A stretch of 34,345 nucleotides of DNA from Hyphochytrium catenoides (taxonomy: Eukaryota > Protista > Hyphochytriomycota). The stretch's first letter is position 1. Each line of letters opens with the position of its first letter. This document shows positions 1 through 11,893 of the stretch, in pieces. The notes under the pieces are model-generated. The model was not told the origin of the DNA and made no database searches. It worked only from the letters and a program-made list of their open reading frames with translations. Where the stretch lies: NCBI GenBank assembly GCA_900088475.1, contig FLMG01000929.1, positions 1 through 34,345 on the forward strand, given 5' to 3'. The translations under genes and the position numbers were made by a program.

Positions 1-24
1 TCCTCCGTGCCCAGTAGCGCTTAC

Positions 25-198
25 CGTCGATCCCAACCTTTCGCACCCAGTCACTTCGATGCCTAGGAAAGGCGGAGAAGGAAGATGAGAAAGAGAGGGG
101 TTGGAGGAAAGGACAGATGGTGGCATGTAGTGGGAAGACTCAAACAAGGCAAAAGGAGTACGTGAGTGACAGACATACACACACACACACGAAGAAAG

Positions 199-235
<37 letters not shown>

Positions 236-1734
236 AGGAACGAGAACTTAATAAACGGCCAAGAAGAAGGACGAGCGACCAGCGCACCTTGCTCCTTTCT
301 GTCTCTCGTTCAGCATGTTCAGCCGTCGAATAGCGAATGAACGCTGTCGCTTGGCGAGGATCTGACTGGAAGAGAGAGAGCGGCCACTGAAGGTCCGGTT
401 GAGGTCAGTGGTCACCCCAGACGGAGAGAGGACAACCCCGGGTGTCTGTCGGGGTGTGAAGACTCCAAAGGTAAAGCCTACACACAAGACACCAAGAGCG
501 AGAAGTAAAGAGCCCCAAAAAAGAGGGGAGAGAAAGAGACACGGGAGAGGAGAGAGAGGGGAGGGGGGAGAGAGGTTGAAGGATGTAAGGGCAAGGATAT
601 CGAAAACAGCAGACTCACAAGAGACGTGATCAATGGCAGGAGAAGTGAGCGAGAAGCGACTAGGAAGGCAAGGTCTATAGGGAAAAGTAGCCTAACGGCA
701 ACCGAAGAGATAATCGTGACGATGCCTGCTAAAGGTTACGGCCTTTCTCTCCCTCTTGTCTCTTTTCTCTCTTCTCTCTTGTTGTCATGCATGCACGTGC
801 AAATGTCCAAGCCAACCTTACCTCTCTCGGTGCCGCACAGGACGCAGGCCTTCCCTGTGTTTCTGTTAACAAAGTCGCACACCTCACAGGTCCATTGCCC
901 TTGCTTCTCCTCAGCACTAACAGAAGAGAGGACCGTAAGAGAGAGAGTGAGAGAGAGAGAAATCTAAATTTACTTCTGTCAGTTCCTTTGACTTTCTCTT
1001 CCTCTCCTTCCATCTAATCTCCTGTCTCCTCATCTAACTAAAATTGCCTAGCTCACGATGTGAGTCTCGCGTTCCAAAAGATGATCTTCTCCCTCTTTAC
1101 CTTTCTGAGACATCCTGCCGCATCAACGGGGTTCCATCCTCATTGTAGGCACTGTAAAAGGGAGGATGCTAATGAGAGCCAGCAAACGGAGAAGAGAGAG
1201 ATGACGGAGAGTAAAGGCAGACAGAGAGGGGCGAGAGGGGAAAAGAAAGAGTGTGATAGTGAAAGAGAGAAAAGCGAGAGAGAGATCGCGAGACGAGAGG
1301 TCGCCTAGGTCTAATGAAGCTTATGGCCACGTCGTCAGAGTAGCTAAACGGGTTATGGGAGACAGGCCTAAGGAAGGACCATAAGACAGGAGAACAGCCT
1401 CAACTTCTTCTAAGCACAGAGAGGGAGAGAGAAAGAAAGAGAGAGAAGAAGAGATCAAGCGCTGGAAGCGAAAAGATGAGACGTACGCGCCAAGAAGAGG
1501 AGCCTGCAGCGCGCTGGGTGGTGTCGCCTTCTTGCAGCAGTAGTAGACTATAACCAGCCCTAGCAGCGCACCGGCCACATAGACCACCCAGGCAGGGACC
1601 CCAGGATTGGTGCTCTTGTTTCCATTATCGCCATTGTTATTCTGGGCGAATGAGAGAGGGAGGGAAGAAAGAAGGAGGAGCACTAGTCTCTCTCTTCTGG
1701 GGATAAGGACGTCGAGCGGTCCCTTTTGATGCAT
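25..1734 (-). CDS. 5' part of a type-I membrane protein with a RanBP2-type zinc finger; probably the N-terminus of a membrane-anchored HECT E3 ubiquitin ligase (gene runs off the left edge)
   Basis: Phase-consistent GT-AG exons 1734-1487, 916-822, 477-288, 62-25. They encode a signal-like segment (LVLLLLSSLPLSFA), a TM helix (WVVYVAGALLGLVIVYYCC), WTCEVCDFVNRNTGKACVLC (RanBP2 consensus W-x-C-x2-C-x3-N-x6-C-x2-C) and LNERQKGARHRSDWVRKVGIDG. The HECT assignment is inferred from recalled oomycete proteins; no HECT domain lies in the window. Confidence 0.8.
175..230. repeat. (CA)n followed by (GA)n microsatellite in an intron of the first gene
   Basis: Seen directly: acacacacac, then about 14 GA units. 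Confidence 0.9.
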
Positions 1735-2255
1735 ATTTCTTTCACGCTATGTCCTTGAGGCCCAAGCGAAATAGAGGAAGACTCTTGAGAAGAGAAGTGG
1801 AGCGTTGAAAGTGAAACCAGGAGAGAAAAGGAGGGAAAGGTCTTTAGCCACTTGCTGTCTGCCAGAGGACTGGCGGTGCATCAGCGACCGTGGGACAGAG
1901 CATCCCTCTAGCTCTCCAGTGCCCACAGCTGCGGCGCAGTTATACCCCTATGCCTCCTAGTCTCTTCTGCTGTGTCTGAAGATCAATAGGAATTTCTGAT
2001 GCCTTTGGTCTCAGACTCTCCCTTCTGACAGTGAAGAAAGCGAGCTGACACGTGTGCCCAGGGAAGAATGTCCCCCTCGGTATTTCCAGTATTGGGCCAA
2101 TCCACTTCTTCAGACTGCTAGAGGAGAATAATAATGGAGAGAAAAGAGTAACTAGATATGGCGCCTCTTCTATTGGTAATGAGAAGCGTTGTCTGGGGCT
2201 GTGAAACCAGCGCCCTGGCAATGGGACGGCAGAGCAGAGCGGTGCTGCAGCTTCA

Positions 2256-3095
2256 ATGAAGATTTCTGCAGGGGCAACATCGACCGACGGAAAAACTCCA
2301 CTCGATATCTCTCTCATCCGCCAGCTGCATCTCACCGCTCTCTGTCTCGTGATTTCCTTACTTATAAGGGGTTAATGCACAGTCTGAAGTGCAACTTATG
2401 GACTCTGTCTCGCTGTAGAGCGTCTTTCACCCCACTCTGTCTCTAGCGGTCGCCTCTTCTGAGCGACATAAGGAGACCCCCCAGCACTCCTGACCCCGCA
2501 TAATTGCTTTGGGACAAGGTTTCGATTATTTCATTTGGAGTGGTGGTAAGGTTTCCGATTCTTAGCCTATGCTCTGATGTGCCTCTCTCTGAAGCTTTCA
2601 GTAGGGTTTATTTCATTCGTAGCATTCCGAGATGATGAGAGCTGATCCTTGTGCTCTACCTTTTTCTCTCTCTCTCTGTCTCTCTCTCTCTCTGTCTTTT
2701 TCTCCCTCTTTCTCTCTCTCTTTCTCTCTCTCATTCTCTCTTGTTTCTCTCCCTCTTTCCCTCGCTCTTGGCTCTTTCTCTCTCTCACTCGCTCTTTCTC
2801 TCTCCCTCTTCTTTTCCCTCCCTCCTCATCCCCTCTTTCTACCTCTGTCTCCCACTAACTTCCTCTTTATTCTCTCTCAATCCTTTTATCCTTTCATGTC
2901 AGTCGATGATCGTCTACATCCATTCTCTTTCTCTCTCTCTTCTCTCACTTTGCAGGAACTCTCTCTCCTCCTCCTCATGCTGCTTGCAAATTATTCCATC
3001 TCCCCTTGTTGTTTCCCCGCCTTGCAGTTCATCACTTTCCTCCCCAAAGTGGAGGAAAAGACATTGACGTTGAGCTTCATGACAGGACCAGGTGA
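2256..3095 (+). CDS. Tentative small spliced protein (~93 aa) with one hydrophobic segment
   Basis: Possible exons 2256-2370, 2519-2545, 2956-3095 keep frame (MKISAG...LTALCLVISLLIRGFDYFIWSGGTLSPPP...HDRTR*). A GTAAGG donor at 2546 and a TGCAG acceptor at 2955 flank a CT-rich tract. No recognisable homology. Confidence 0.22.
2660..2950. repeat. Imperfect (CT)n polypyrimidine tract
   Basis: About 290 nt of almost pure C/T on the + strand. Confidence 0.9.
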
Positions 3096-3673
3096 AGAGA
3101 GAGAGCGACTTTCTTGACCAGCAAGCAACGGAAACACGTCACAGATGGGCATCAACCAGAGAGGAAATGACTGAGTGCGAGGACAGAGTGGAGATGGGCT
3201 GTTCATCCGCAGTTGGTCCCTATCACCTGAGAGAGAGAGAGAGAGTGAGAGAGAGAGAGAGAGAGAGAAAGAGAGGCAGATGGCATACAGAAGAGAGGGA
3301 ACGAGAGAAAGGCAAGCTGGGGATGAAGTCAAGTTGATACGCAACAGGGAGGCAATGTCTCAGAGTTCTAGGAGAGAGGTGTACAAGAGAAAAAGGAAAC
3401 CAGAGAGAGAGTAAGAGAGAGAGAAGGGCAGAAGCAAGTATGGGTCGAGGAGAGCGCTCTTTGAGATGGAAGGAGACATTGCAACAAGGAGGAAGAGAGA
3501 GCTTCTCTCTCTCTGTCTTCTTTGTAAAAAAACAGAAGGAAGACAAAACAGGGGAGATCAAGGTCTGTCTTTCTATAATTTGGGGTTACCATGAGGGATG
3601 CACAAGAGAGAAAGGTACAAGGAATGCGNNNNNNNNNNNNNNNNNNNNNNNNNNNNNNNNNNNNGGTGAGTCG

Positions 3674-3883
3674 TCACCGGATAAAGCTAATGATGTCCTC
3701 ACGTGTACCGAGGGATCTGTGACATTGTCCACAAAAGGAGAGAAAGAGAAAGAGAAGTGAGAGAACGAACGTTAGAAAGATAGCAGGAAGCTTCTCTTCC
3801 GTCTGTGGGCCGAGCGAACTCCTTGCTCTTCTCTTGCTTGCCGCTTCAGTGTAGCTGCTGCTCTTCTCCCACTCCTTATTCTT

Positions 3884-3917
<34 letters not shown>

Positions 3918-4279
3918 GGTCATCTTACCCCTTCCCTTAGGTCCGCCTCCCAACCCTCCCAACTCCTCTTTCATCTCTTTTCTGTCCGGATGACTATCTC
4001 TTTCTCTTCGGGGCTCCTGCTTACATTGCCGTTGCTCTGCTGTCTATCTGCTTGACCAGTCCTTGAAGGACCGCGCCCGTGCCCAGCTCCAAGAAGACGG
4101 GAAGGGAGAGAGAAGGGGGAGAGGAACTATTCTCTCCTGCGGAGGAGACAGCAGGGGCCGGCTGGGGAGACACTGCAGTCTTTTCCATGCAATAGCGGAC
4201 ACTGTCCAACCAGAGGACAGGAGAGGTCACCTGCTCTACAAGGAGGGATTGGAGCTCTTCAGCCGTGCCAACCTAGACA

Positions 4280-4310
<31 letters not shown>

Positions 4311-4526
4311 CAGAGCTTCATTAGGTGCGGCGGCTGCCCCTACAAGCCCAAGAAAGCGAAAGAGAGTGCGGCAATCTTCTCGTCGGATCGGAAAAGTAAG
4401 GAAGAATGAGAAAGAAGGGAGACAGATTAAATAATGGATTTGAGAGAGCAAGAGAGCTGCACCGGTAGAGAGAGAGAGAGACTGAGAACTTGTGTATGTG
4501 AAAGAGAGAAAGTGGGAAAGAGAGAT

Positions 4527-4560
<34 letters not shown>

Positions 4561-6065
4561 CATACTCACATCTTTGGCGGTGACGTTGGAGATGATGGGC
4601 ACTGAAGGATCGCTCAGCGTTAAGCTCTTTAGCATTCTCTCCACCTCTTCCGCCGCGGGGGCCATGAGACGACAGTGAAAGGGTGCCGAGACCTCAAGAG
4701 AGACAGCTCGTCTCACTTCACCAGCTTCTTTCAGGAGAGAGACAGCGCGAGAGACTGCAGGCTCATGCCCGCTGATGACTATCTAGTGTTTCACAGGAGA
4801 AACAGAAGAATCGTTCGTCAGTCTCGTCTTCTCTCTTCCTTATCAGTCCATCGGCGGCCCTTTTTCATTGCTCTTCTTGGGCAGATAGTTCAAAACAGTC
4901 CTTTCTTCTCTCTCTCTTCCCGCTCCGCTCCTGTTTGTGAGCTCCTTCCCGTATCTCTCTGTCTCGCTTCCTCTCTCAGTGTCTCAACTCTTTCCGTTGC
5001 CCCGCGCTTCCTCTCCTTTTTTCTCCCCCGACTTGTCTCTCTTTCATCTTCAGTGTCCTCCTTTTCTTGTCTGTCTTTCTTTCTTCCTCTCCTTTGAAAC
5101 TCTAGAGAGAGAGAGAGATCCCTTCTCCATCTCGTTCGTCCCTCTTTTTCCCTTTCTTCCTCCTCATCTCTCTCCTCTCTTGCGTCTCTTTCTTCTCTTT
5201 CCCGAGCTGTTTTACCTGCTTTGGAGAGTTAACATTCGCGACTTCACAGACTAGACCTTGAAGCTCTTTCTCTGCCTCTCTCACTCTCTTTCTCACTGTC
5301 TCCAGCTCTGCAGGCATAAGAGCGGACATGAGAGGAGGAGAGGCCAATGTCTTCGTTATCTTCTCCATCGCCAGCCCCCGAACTCTCTGAACTTCCGACG
5401 AAAGTAGAGAAAAAAGACCATGAGAGACGAGAGAGAGAGAGAGAGAGAGAAATGATGAAATCGAGTGAGCCACAGAGAGGGGAGAGACGAAAGAGTGTTT
5501 CAAGGAAGGAGGCAGAAACATCCTAAACCAAGACAGAGACAAAGCGAGGCAGACATATACAGAGAGAACAGAAAGGCTACTTGATGGGAAAGATGCAACG
5601 TGTAAGAAAGAGAGAAAGGAAAGAGAAAGAAAGACAGAGAGAGGAAAAGAGAGAGAGAGAGAAAGGACGGAAGACACCAAGAGACGCAGGGAAAGAGCTA
5701 GAATTCCTAGAGCCCAAAGCGTGGAACAGAGATCTCGGAGAGAGCGAAAGTTGAGAGAATGTGGGCGTCAGAGAGAGAGAAAAGAGAGAGAAAGGAGACA
5801 ACGCAGATGGTGTGTAAGACATAAAGCCATTGCACCCACCACTAGCGTGGCCGCCTGAGCAAGAGAGAGACAGCCCACAGCGCAGGCTGCAGAGTATTCC
5901 CCTAACGAATGGCCGAGGGCGAACTGCACCCGTCTTGCCTTGCTGACCTCGAAGTCCGCGCGTCTCTGAAAGAGAAAGGAAAGCAAGAGAAGAATAGAGA
6001 AAGAAAGACAGAAAGTCAGGGCGAAGCGCGATAGAGACAGCATAGATATATATATATGGCAAGGA

Positions 6066-6104
<39 letters not shown>

Positions 6105-6752
6105 GTAAATCATACAACCAGGACGGAAGGTGGAGATTGTGGCGGCGGAGAGATGAAGACTGTGAGTGAAGGGAAGAGAGAAAATGTAGGAGAGACGAAG
6201 AGAGAGGGAAGGAAGGAAAGACCGAGGATGAAAGGAAAGCCTCTCGCTGCAAGGAACCTGTAGGACTCTTAGCACTGCAATAGAGTGAGCGAGGAGGGCG
6301 GGCTGGGCGTTTGAAGTCTGTCTGAGGGCCGCTGGGTCTCCCTCTCTCATCAGGCGAGAGAGAGAGAAAGAGAGAGCTTCGTCCACCTCCTCCAGCACCT
6401 CCCGCGCCTCAGGAAAGTCCAACAGAAGGTCTTGAGCCATACCAACGCGTTGCGCACCTGCCATTGTAGAGAGAGGATGGACGGCATTGAGACAAAGACA
6501 CAGAGAGAGAAACAGAGAGAGAGAGACGCGGAGAGAGAGAGAGAGACACGTGAAGAGAGAGAGAGAGAGAAAGAGAATTGAGGGAATCATGGCTGAACCT
6601 TGTCCAGGGAACATAACAATGAGTTTGCCTTCCTCCAAGCTGGAGAGCGTCGGCAACTCTTTTTGTCCTCCACTCCGTCCTGCCGCGGAGCTGAGAGTCC
6701 TGACGCCTCCAGCGCAGCGCCTCAGACTCCAGAGTCGCGGCCAACTTGCCAT
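3674..6752 (-). CDS. MCAT: Malonyl-CoA:acyl carrier protein transacylase, mitochondrial (FabD/MCAT)
   Basis: Exons 6752-6599, 6457-6258, 5965-5840, 5386-5216, 4782-4570, 4272-4025, 3716-3674, all phase-consistent. Motifs: MFPGQGAQRVGM, AQPALLAHS, catalytic GHSLGEYSA, ANVNSPKQIVISG, VSAPFH, VTSPVLW, FLELGTGAVLQGLVKQI. The Arg-rich, acid-poor N-terminus suggests a mitochondrial presequence. Confidence 0.96.
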
Positions 6753-6774
6753 TGTAAGCTAAAAAGTTAGCAAG

Positions 6775-6803
6775 GGGATAGAGAGAGAGAGACAGAGACA
6801 GGA

Positions 6804-6834
<31 letters not shown>

Positions 6835-7935
6835 CAGCCAAGAGAAGTAGGAAACCCAGCCGTAGGGGAGAACTCAAGGGAAAACGGCTGTGCTGAAGAA
6901 GCGAGAAGAACCTGTCGAGAAGCTGTAGGCTAAGCAGAGAGAGAGAGAGGAGAGACTGAGAGAGAAAGAGGCAGAGCTCAGACTGCAAGCTCAGAAGTAG
7001 CGGAGACCGGAGACTATTTCCCTCTAACAAGAATGCAGAGGCCCTGGCCCAGAGCGAAGCCTTTTGTCAGTGGAGGGGAGAGAGAGAGAGAGAGAAGCAA
7101 CACTCAGCACCCAGCGCAGCGATCATGCAGATGAGTATGTCAGGAGGACGGAAGGGAGGGGAGAATAGAGAGCCAGACAGGAAAGAGCAAGAGAGAGAGA
7201 GAGTATCACAGAGCGAGAGAGAGANNNNNNNNNNNNNNNNNNNNNNNNNNNNNNNNNNNNNNNNNNNNNNNNNNNNNNNNNNNNNNNNNNNNNNNNNNNN
7301 NGAGAGAGAGAGAGAGAGAGAGAGAGAAGAGAGAAGAGAGAGTGGGAGGCATGACCAGAGAAGGGCAATACGAAGAGAACAGCAGCAATCGGAGGAGAGA
7401 CAGGGAAGCAAGGAGACGTCAAGGAGAAACAAGGGAGTGAAAGGACAGTGCCTCAAACCAAAACCAGTAAACAAAAAGGAGAGACAACATTCGCGGCACC
7501 TAGATGACTAGAAGAGAAGGCACCAAGAGAGAGAGAGACAAGTGAAGAAAAAAAAGAGAGAAAGAGAGAGAGAGAGAGTAGACACTGAGGAGGCAGACGC
7601 TCTCCTCCTCTGACTTCGAGTCCGAAGAAAGTATCATTTCAAGCTGCTCGACACAGGAGAGAAAAACGAGTATGGCCACCGCAGTGGCAAAGGATGGAAG
7701 TAGGGCCGAGAGAGAAAAGAGAGAGAGAGAGAGACGAAGCGAAGAGGGAGGCCCGTCATGCAGGTCTAAGGGAAAAAAAGAGATATCGGATGGCTGACGG
7801 CTGAAGACAGTCGCAACAGAGAGAGAAGGAGAGAGAGAGAGAGAAAACCTGTATGTGAGAGAGTGAAAGAGAGAGAGAGAGAGAGAGAGTGAGAGAGAGA
7901 CAGAGAGAGAGACAGAGAGACAGGGAGGAGAGGAA
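6775..7935. repeat. Cluster of (GA)n microsatellites around the MCAT / hypothetical gene divergent region, including an assembly gap at 7225-7301
   Basis: Multiple (GA)n runs; the N gap is flanked by GA repeats on both sides. Confidence 0.88.
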
Positions 7936-10900
7936 GGAAGGGGCCATGAGAAAATCGCTTTAACAGTCTCTCTTCCAGGCTCTGCAGGAGACGCAGATGG
8001 AGCTCCGCAGCTGCGGTTTCACCCTGAAGTGCTGGTGCGCCGTGGAGAGGGCAGCAACACGACTCTCTCTTTCTCCATCCGGCCAGCTGCCTCGCTCCTC
8101 TACACCTTGGGCGTCGCCTCTCGACCTGAGGAGGAGGAAAGAAAGAGAAAGAGAGGGAGAGAAGGAAAGAGAGAGACGAGGACCACTTGGCTGGAGTTTG
8201 CGGAAGGGATGGCGGTCCTGCCATCTACCAGCACAGGCTCTCTTGCCCTTCTCCTGCGTAGGGCTATGGACTGCCCAACGGAAGGGGATGATGAAGAGAA
8301 GGAGAGAGAGTCGTTTAAGAAAGAGATCAACTCTCTCTCTCTCTCCCCAGACTATCGACTGTGGGGACAGGAAGAAGGGCTTCGGCTCAAAGACAGAGTC
8401 GCAACGTTTCTAAGGCGCTTCTATAGAAGAAAGCTCCAGAAGATCGCCTCGTCTCAATCAGACGGAGGAGTAACAGCCGAGGTCAAGGAAGACAACGTGC
8501 CAGATGATGGGGAAGAGAAGAGAGAGAACAGCAAGGGAGAGAAAGAGGGAGAGAGGACAGTAGAGAAGAAAGAAGAGAAAACGTTGTCAGGCTTTGCGGT
8601 GGGTCAGAAAGTTCTCTCTCCTTTCGGCTTCGGGACCATCATGGCCCTTCGACCCCAGCAAGGTGTAGCGGTCGTCCAGTCTTCGTCCTGGATATCCTAT
8701 GTTAAGGTGAGGAAAGAGAGAGAGTGAGAAAGAGAGAGAGAGAAAAGAGTGGACAATCCTCTATTTTTTTGATCTGCATGCTCTCTTTCCTCTTTCTCCC
8801 TACCAGCTTATCACGCTCTCTTCCGCTGTTCTGTCTCTGCTAGCTCTCTTCTCATTCGGTCTCTCCTAATTCTAACTCTTCACACTTCTTACCTGTCCCT
8901 TGTTTCCGTGCCCATCAGCTTCTCTATCGTCTCTCTCCTGTTGCGCATGATCTCTCTCTCTTTTTCCTCCCTTCACCCGATTATTGTTGCAGTCCCTTTG
9001 TCTGTTGGTTGAATAGCGTTAGCAGTCCCTAGATCTCGGGGTCTCTCTCTCATCGTCTTGAGCGTCTTTCTCTCTCTTCTCTTTTCCTTCAATGTTAGGC
9101 TCTTTGTCTGAATATCTTCCCAGTTTCCTTTTCTCCAGTTCTATGTTACTCAGTGTTCTCCATCCACCAGGTCAACTCTCTCCTCTCCGAAGTCGAGGCG
9201 TTTGCCCTTCAGACTTCTCAGATAGGAAAGAAGATGGAGCGGCAAGAGCTAGTAGAGAACTTGCTTCTCTCTTCTTCGAGGAGGAGAAAGGGAGAAGAGT
9301 CAACAGCAGGAGAGAAGAAGAAGGCGATCCGTGATTTAGAGTTTTGGAAGCTATTCGTCTCGCTTGACTCAGTACGTACATCGTTTGCTTCTATCGGGCG
9401 TTTTAACTCTGTTTCTATTCTTTTTGTCTCTCTTTCCTTTGGTCCTTTACGTGTCTATCATGTCTCGCCCCTCTTCCCGCTCTTACTTGCTTGTTATCTC
9501 TAGACCTCTCTCTCTTTCTGCTTTCCCATATCATGAGAGCTTTCTCTTGCCCTCCGCTTCCTTACCTTTTTATTTTGTTGCCGCCTTGTGATCTTTCTCG
9601 CTGTCCTTCGTCGTTGGTCGTTTCATTCTCGCGCTCTTCTCGCGTTTTTCTCTCTTTCTCTCTCTCTCTCTCTTTCTCTCTGTCGCTTTCTCTCTCTCTC
9701 TCCTCTTCTCTCCCCCTCTCCCTTCTCTCTCCCTCTCTCACGTCTCTCTTGTTTTCTTCCTATCAGACTGACAGCCCTCCTGCAACCCTCACACGGCTGG
9801 GAGAGAGCCTACTAGGAGAGGAATATTTTGTGCAGGCAAGGAAGATTATCTCTTTATTCTGAACTCTCTTCTCTGTGGCGGCTGCCGGCCGGTCATGGGC
9901 TTTCTCGGTGTCGTGCCACGGATCTTTCTGCTCTCCTTGGCTTCTCTCTATTGGCTCTTTCTTTCTCACCCTATTCGCGCTCAATCTCAATCTCTCGCTC
10001 TCTCTCCTCCTATTCAAATGACGCACAGGCTGCGCTAAAGCAGAACGAGAATGCATTTAAGGAGATCAGAGCGCATGTCCAGACCGATCGACGCAAAGGT
10101 ACGAATGCAGAAAAATGTTCCGCGCAGGAGGATGCGCAACTCTGACATCCTATGTGACGGCGCTAAGAGATGGGGCGGGCAAGAGAAAAGGAGAGAAATA
10201 GAAAGAAATAGTGAAAGGAGGGACGGAAGGAACCGAGTTTTGGAAGACCCGAGAGAAGATCGGGCACTGGACGGCGGCGAGTGTTGCTTTGAACCAGTTA
10301 GACGAGGGAAGAGGCGTGAAATCGCGGGGCATGGCACATTGCCTAATTCCTCGTATCTGATATCCACTTTCCATCTGTCCTGCCCATGAACCCCGTCCCA
10401 CTCTGTCTGTTTCTATCTATCCCTTCTCATAATCATTGCGTCCATTTCCCCCCAGCCGAGGAAGCGCTAGATGAAATGGAGAAGGGGCTGGCCGCTCTTA
10501 TTAGCAAATGTCCGCCGGGACAGCTCTACGGCATTCTGGTACATCTAAGCACTTTCTAGGCTCTCAAGCTACTTCTAGTTCTTTCTCTCTTTGCTTCGTG
10601 GTCGCGGACTTCTCTGTTCTCTCTTTTCTCATTCTCCTCTTTAGGTTTGATTCTTGGGGCCAAGGTTAATTTTGCCCTTCCTATCCTTCTCTTTCTATAT
10701 GCCTATCCTCCCCTCTCTGTTTCCTCCTGTCTCTAGCACTTGTTCGCTTCCTGTTGGCACTCTCTCTCCCTCTGCTTTCTCTCTCTGGGTGTCACTGATT
10801 TACTCATGCTGCGTCCCTCTTCTGCAATAGAAGAAGCCCAAGATTAGAAAGCAGCCAGGAGTGGGGAATGATAAGACAGGGAAGCCAGGGATCGACCCAG

Positions 10901-10974
10901 CGATCATAGAGAGGAAGGTGGGGGACCCTGTGAAGCAGGAATCCCTAAGCTTCCCTGCCAGCGCCGGCAGCTGA
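7672..10974 (+). CDS. Hypothetical protein (~440 aa) with a small beta-barrel-like 'SPFGxGxI' motif
   Basis: Exons 7672-7699, 7979-8706, 9171-9371, 9767-9835, 10029-10098, 10456-10538, 10831-10974 join in frame; introns are CT-rich on the sense strand. Function not recognised. Confidence 0.75.
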
Positions 10975-11893
10975 CGGCTCCGTCTTCCACCGGCACTGCC
11001 CCTCCTATCTGGTCCCCCAATCTCCTCTTCTCTTAACTGTCCCGTCTCTTATTAATACCACTGGATCTCTGTCAGGTGGAGCACGTATCTGTCTGTCCAT
11101 AGAAATCGTGGGCCAGTGGGCCCTGGTAATGGCAAGGATAGAACTCTCTCTGCCTTGCCAACTACTTCATTGGGAACGTACCCGCTTCACTTTGGCCCCA
11201 TTTTCCATTGGCGGTGCTTCTCGCCTACGCGGCTGTCTCTCTCTCTCTCTCCTGCTCGGCCACGATGTTCTCATTCCCTGGCATGGAAGGAGGTGCTGGA
11301 GGATTTAGAATGTCGGTGGAGGAAGATGACTGCTCGGAGGTAGAAGACAGGGACTTAGCGTTGGCCTCCTCCAGTCTATCCTTCTTCCCCTCCTACCTCT
11401 ACCGACTGCGTAGGAGACCTACGCTGGAGACTGCAAATCTCGAGCTCCTAAAGAGAGAGAGAGAGAGAGATGCTTCAACCAATAAATCAAACTTCCTGCT
11501 TTATATCTCTTAGCTTATGCCAATCTCGAGACCCCGTGCTGCACAATGAGGCTCTCTACATTCCCTCGCCCTTCTATCTGTACGCTTCCCCCAGCATGTC
11601 TTCGACTCTTTTCCTTGACGAGGTGCTCTCGTACTGCAGGGATTATAGTGTTAAACTTCCTCTCATCTGCCGTATAAGTTAAAAGAGTTCGAGGTAGTGC
11701 TAGGTCTTGATGAGAACAATTGGCAACGTCAGAGATGCCATTCAAACCCTCGAGGCCGTTTTCTCTCTGGTACACGTCAGCTCAGTCCGTCATCTTCCCT
11801 TCTTTCATTCATCTCCCTCCCGCAGTAAGGATTTGCGAGACGCACTGGAAAAGGAAAGATGAAAAGGGTGGACTAGGCTCAACGGCACTATCA

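Noticed and set aside
2447-2545. In-frame TGA in a possible exon (HS*PRIIALGQG), suggesting a selenoprotein
   Set aside because: No redox motif or SECIS is evident; CTGAC there is equally well a branch point, and the gene model itself is weak.
2630-2647. Box C/D-like ATGATGA...CTGA
   Set aside because: The boxes are only a few nt apart with no terminal stem, too short for a snoRNA.
2567-3592. Many ORFs rich in LSLS or RERE
   Set aside because: They are translations of (CT)n/(GA)n microsatellites, which lack stop codons. The same applies to similar ORFs at 4675-5254, 6767-7947, 9491-9862 and 17886-18260.
5577-6752. 391-aa ORF as a single-exon gene
   Set aside because: It reads through CT-rich introns; the real MCAT is spliced from seven exons.
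11000-11890. Short ORFs between the convergent hypothetical gene and MED4
   Set aside because: No recognisable motifs or robust exon chain; probably 3' UTRs or intergenic DNA.
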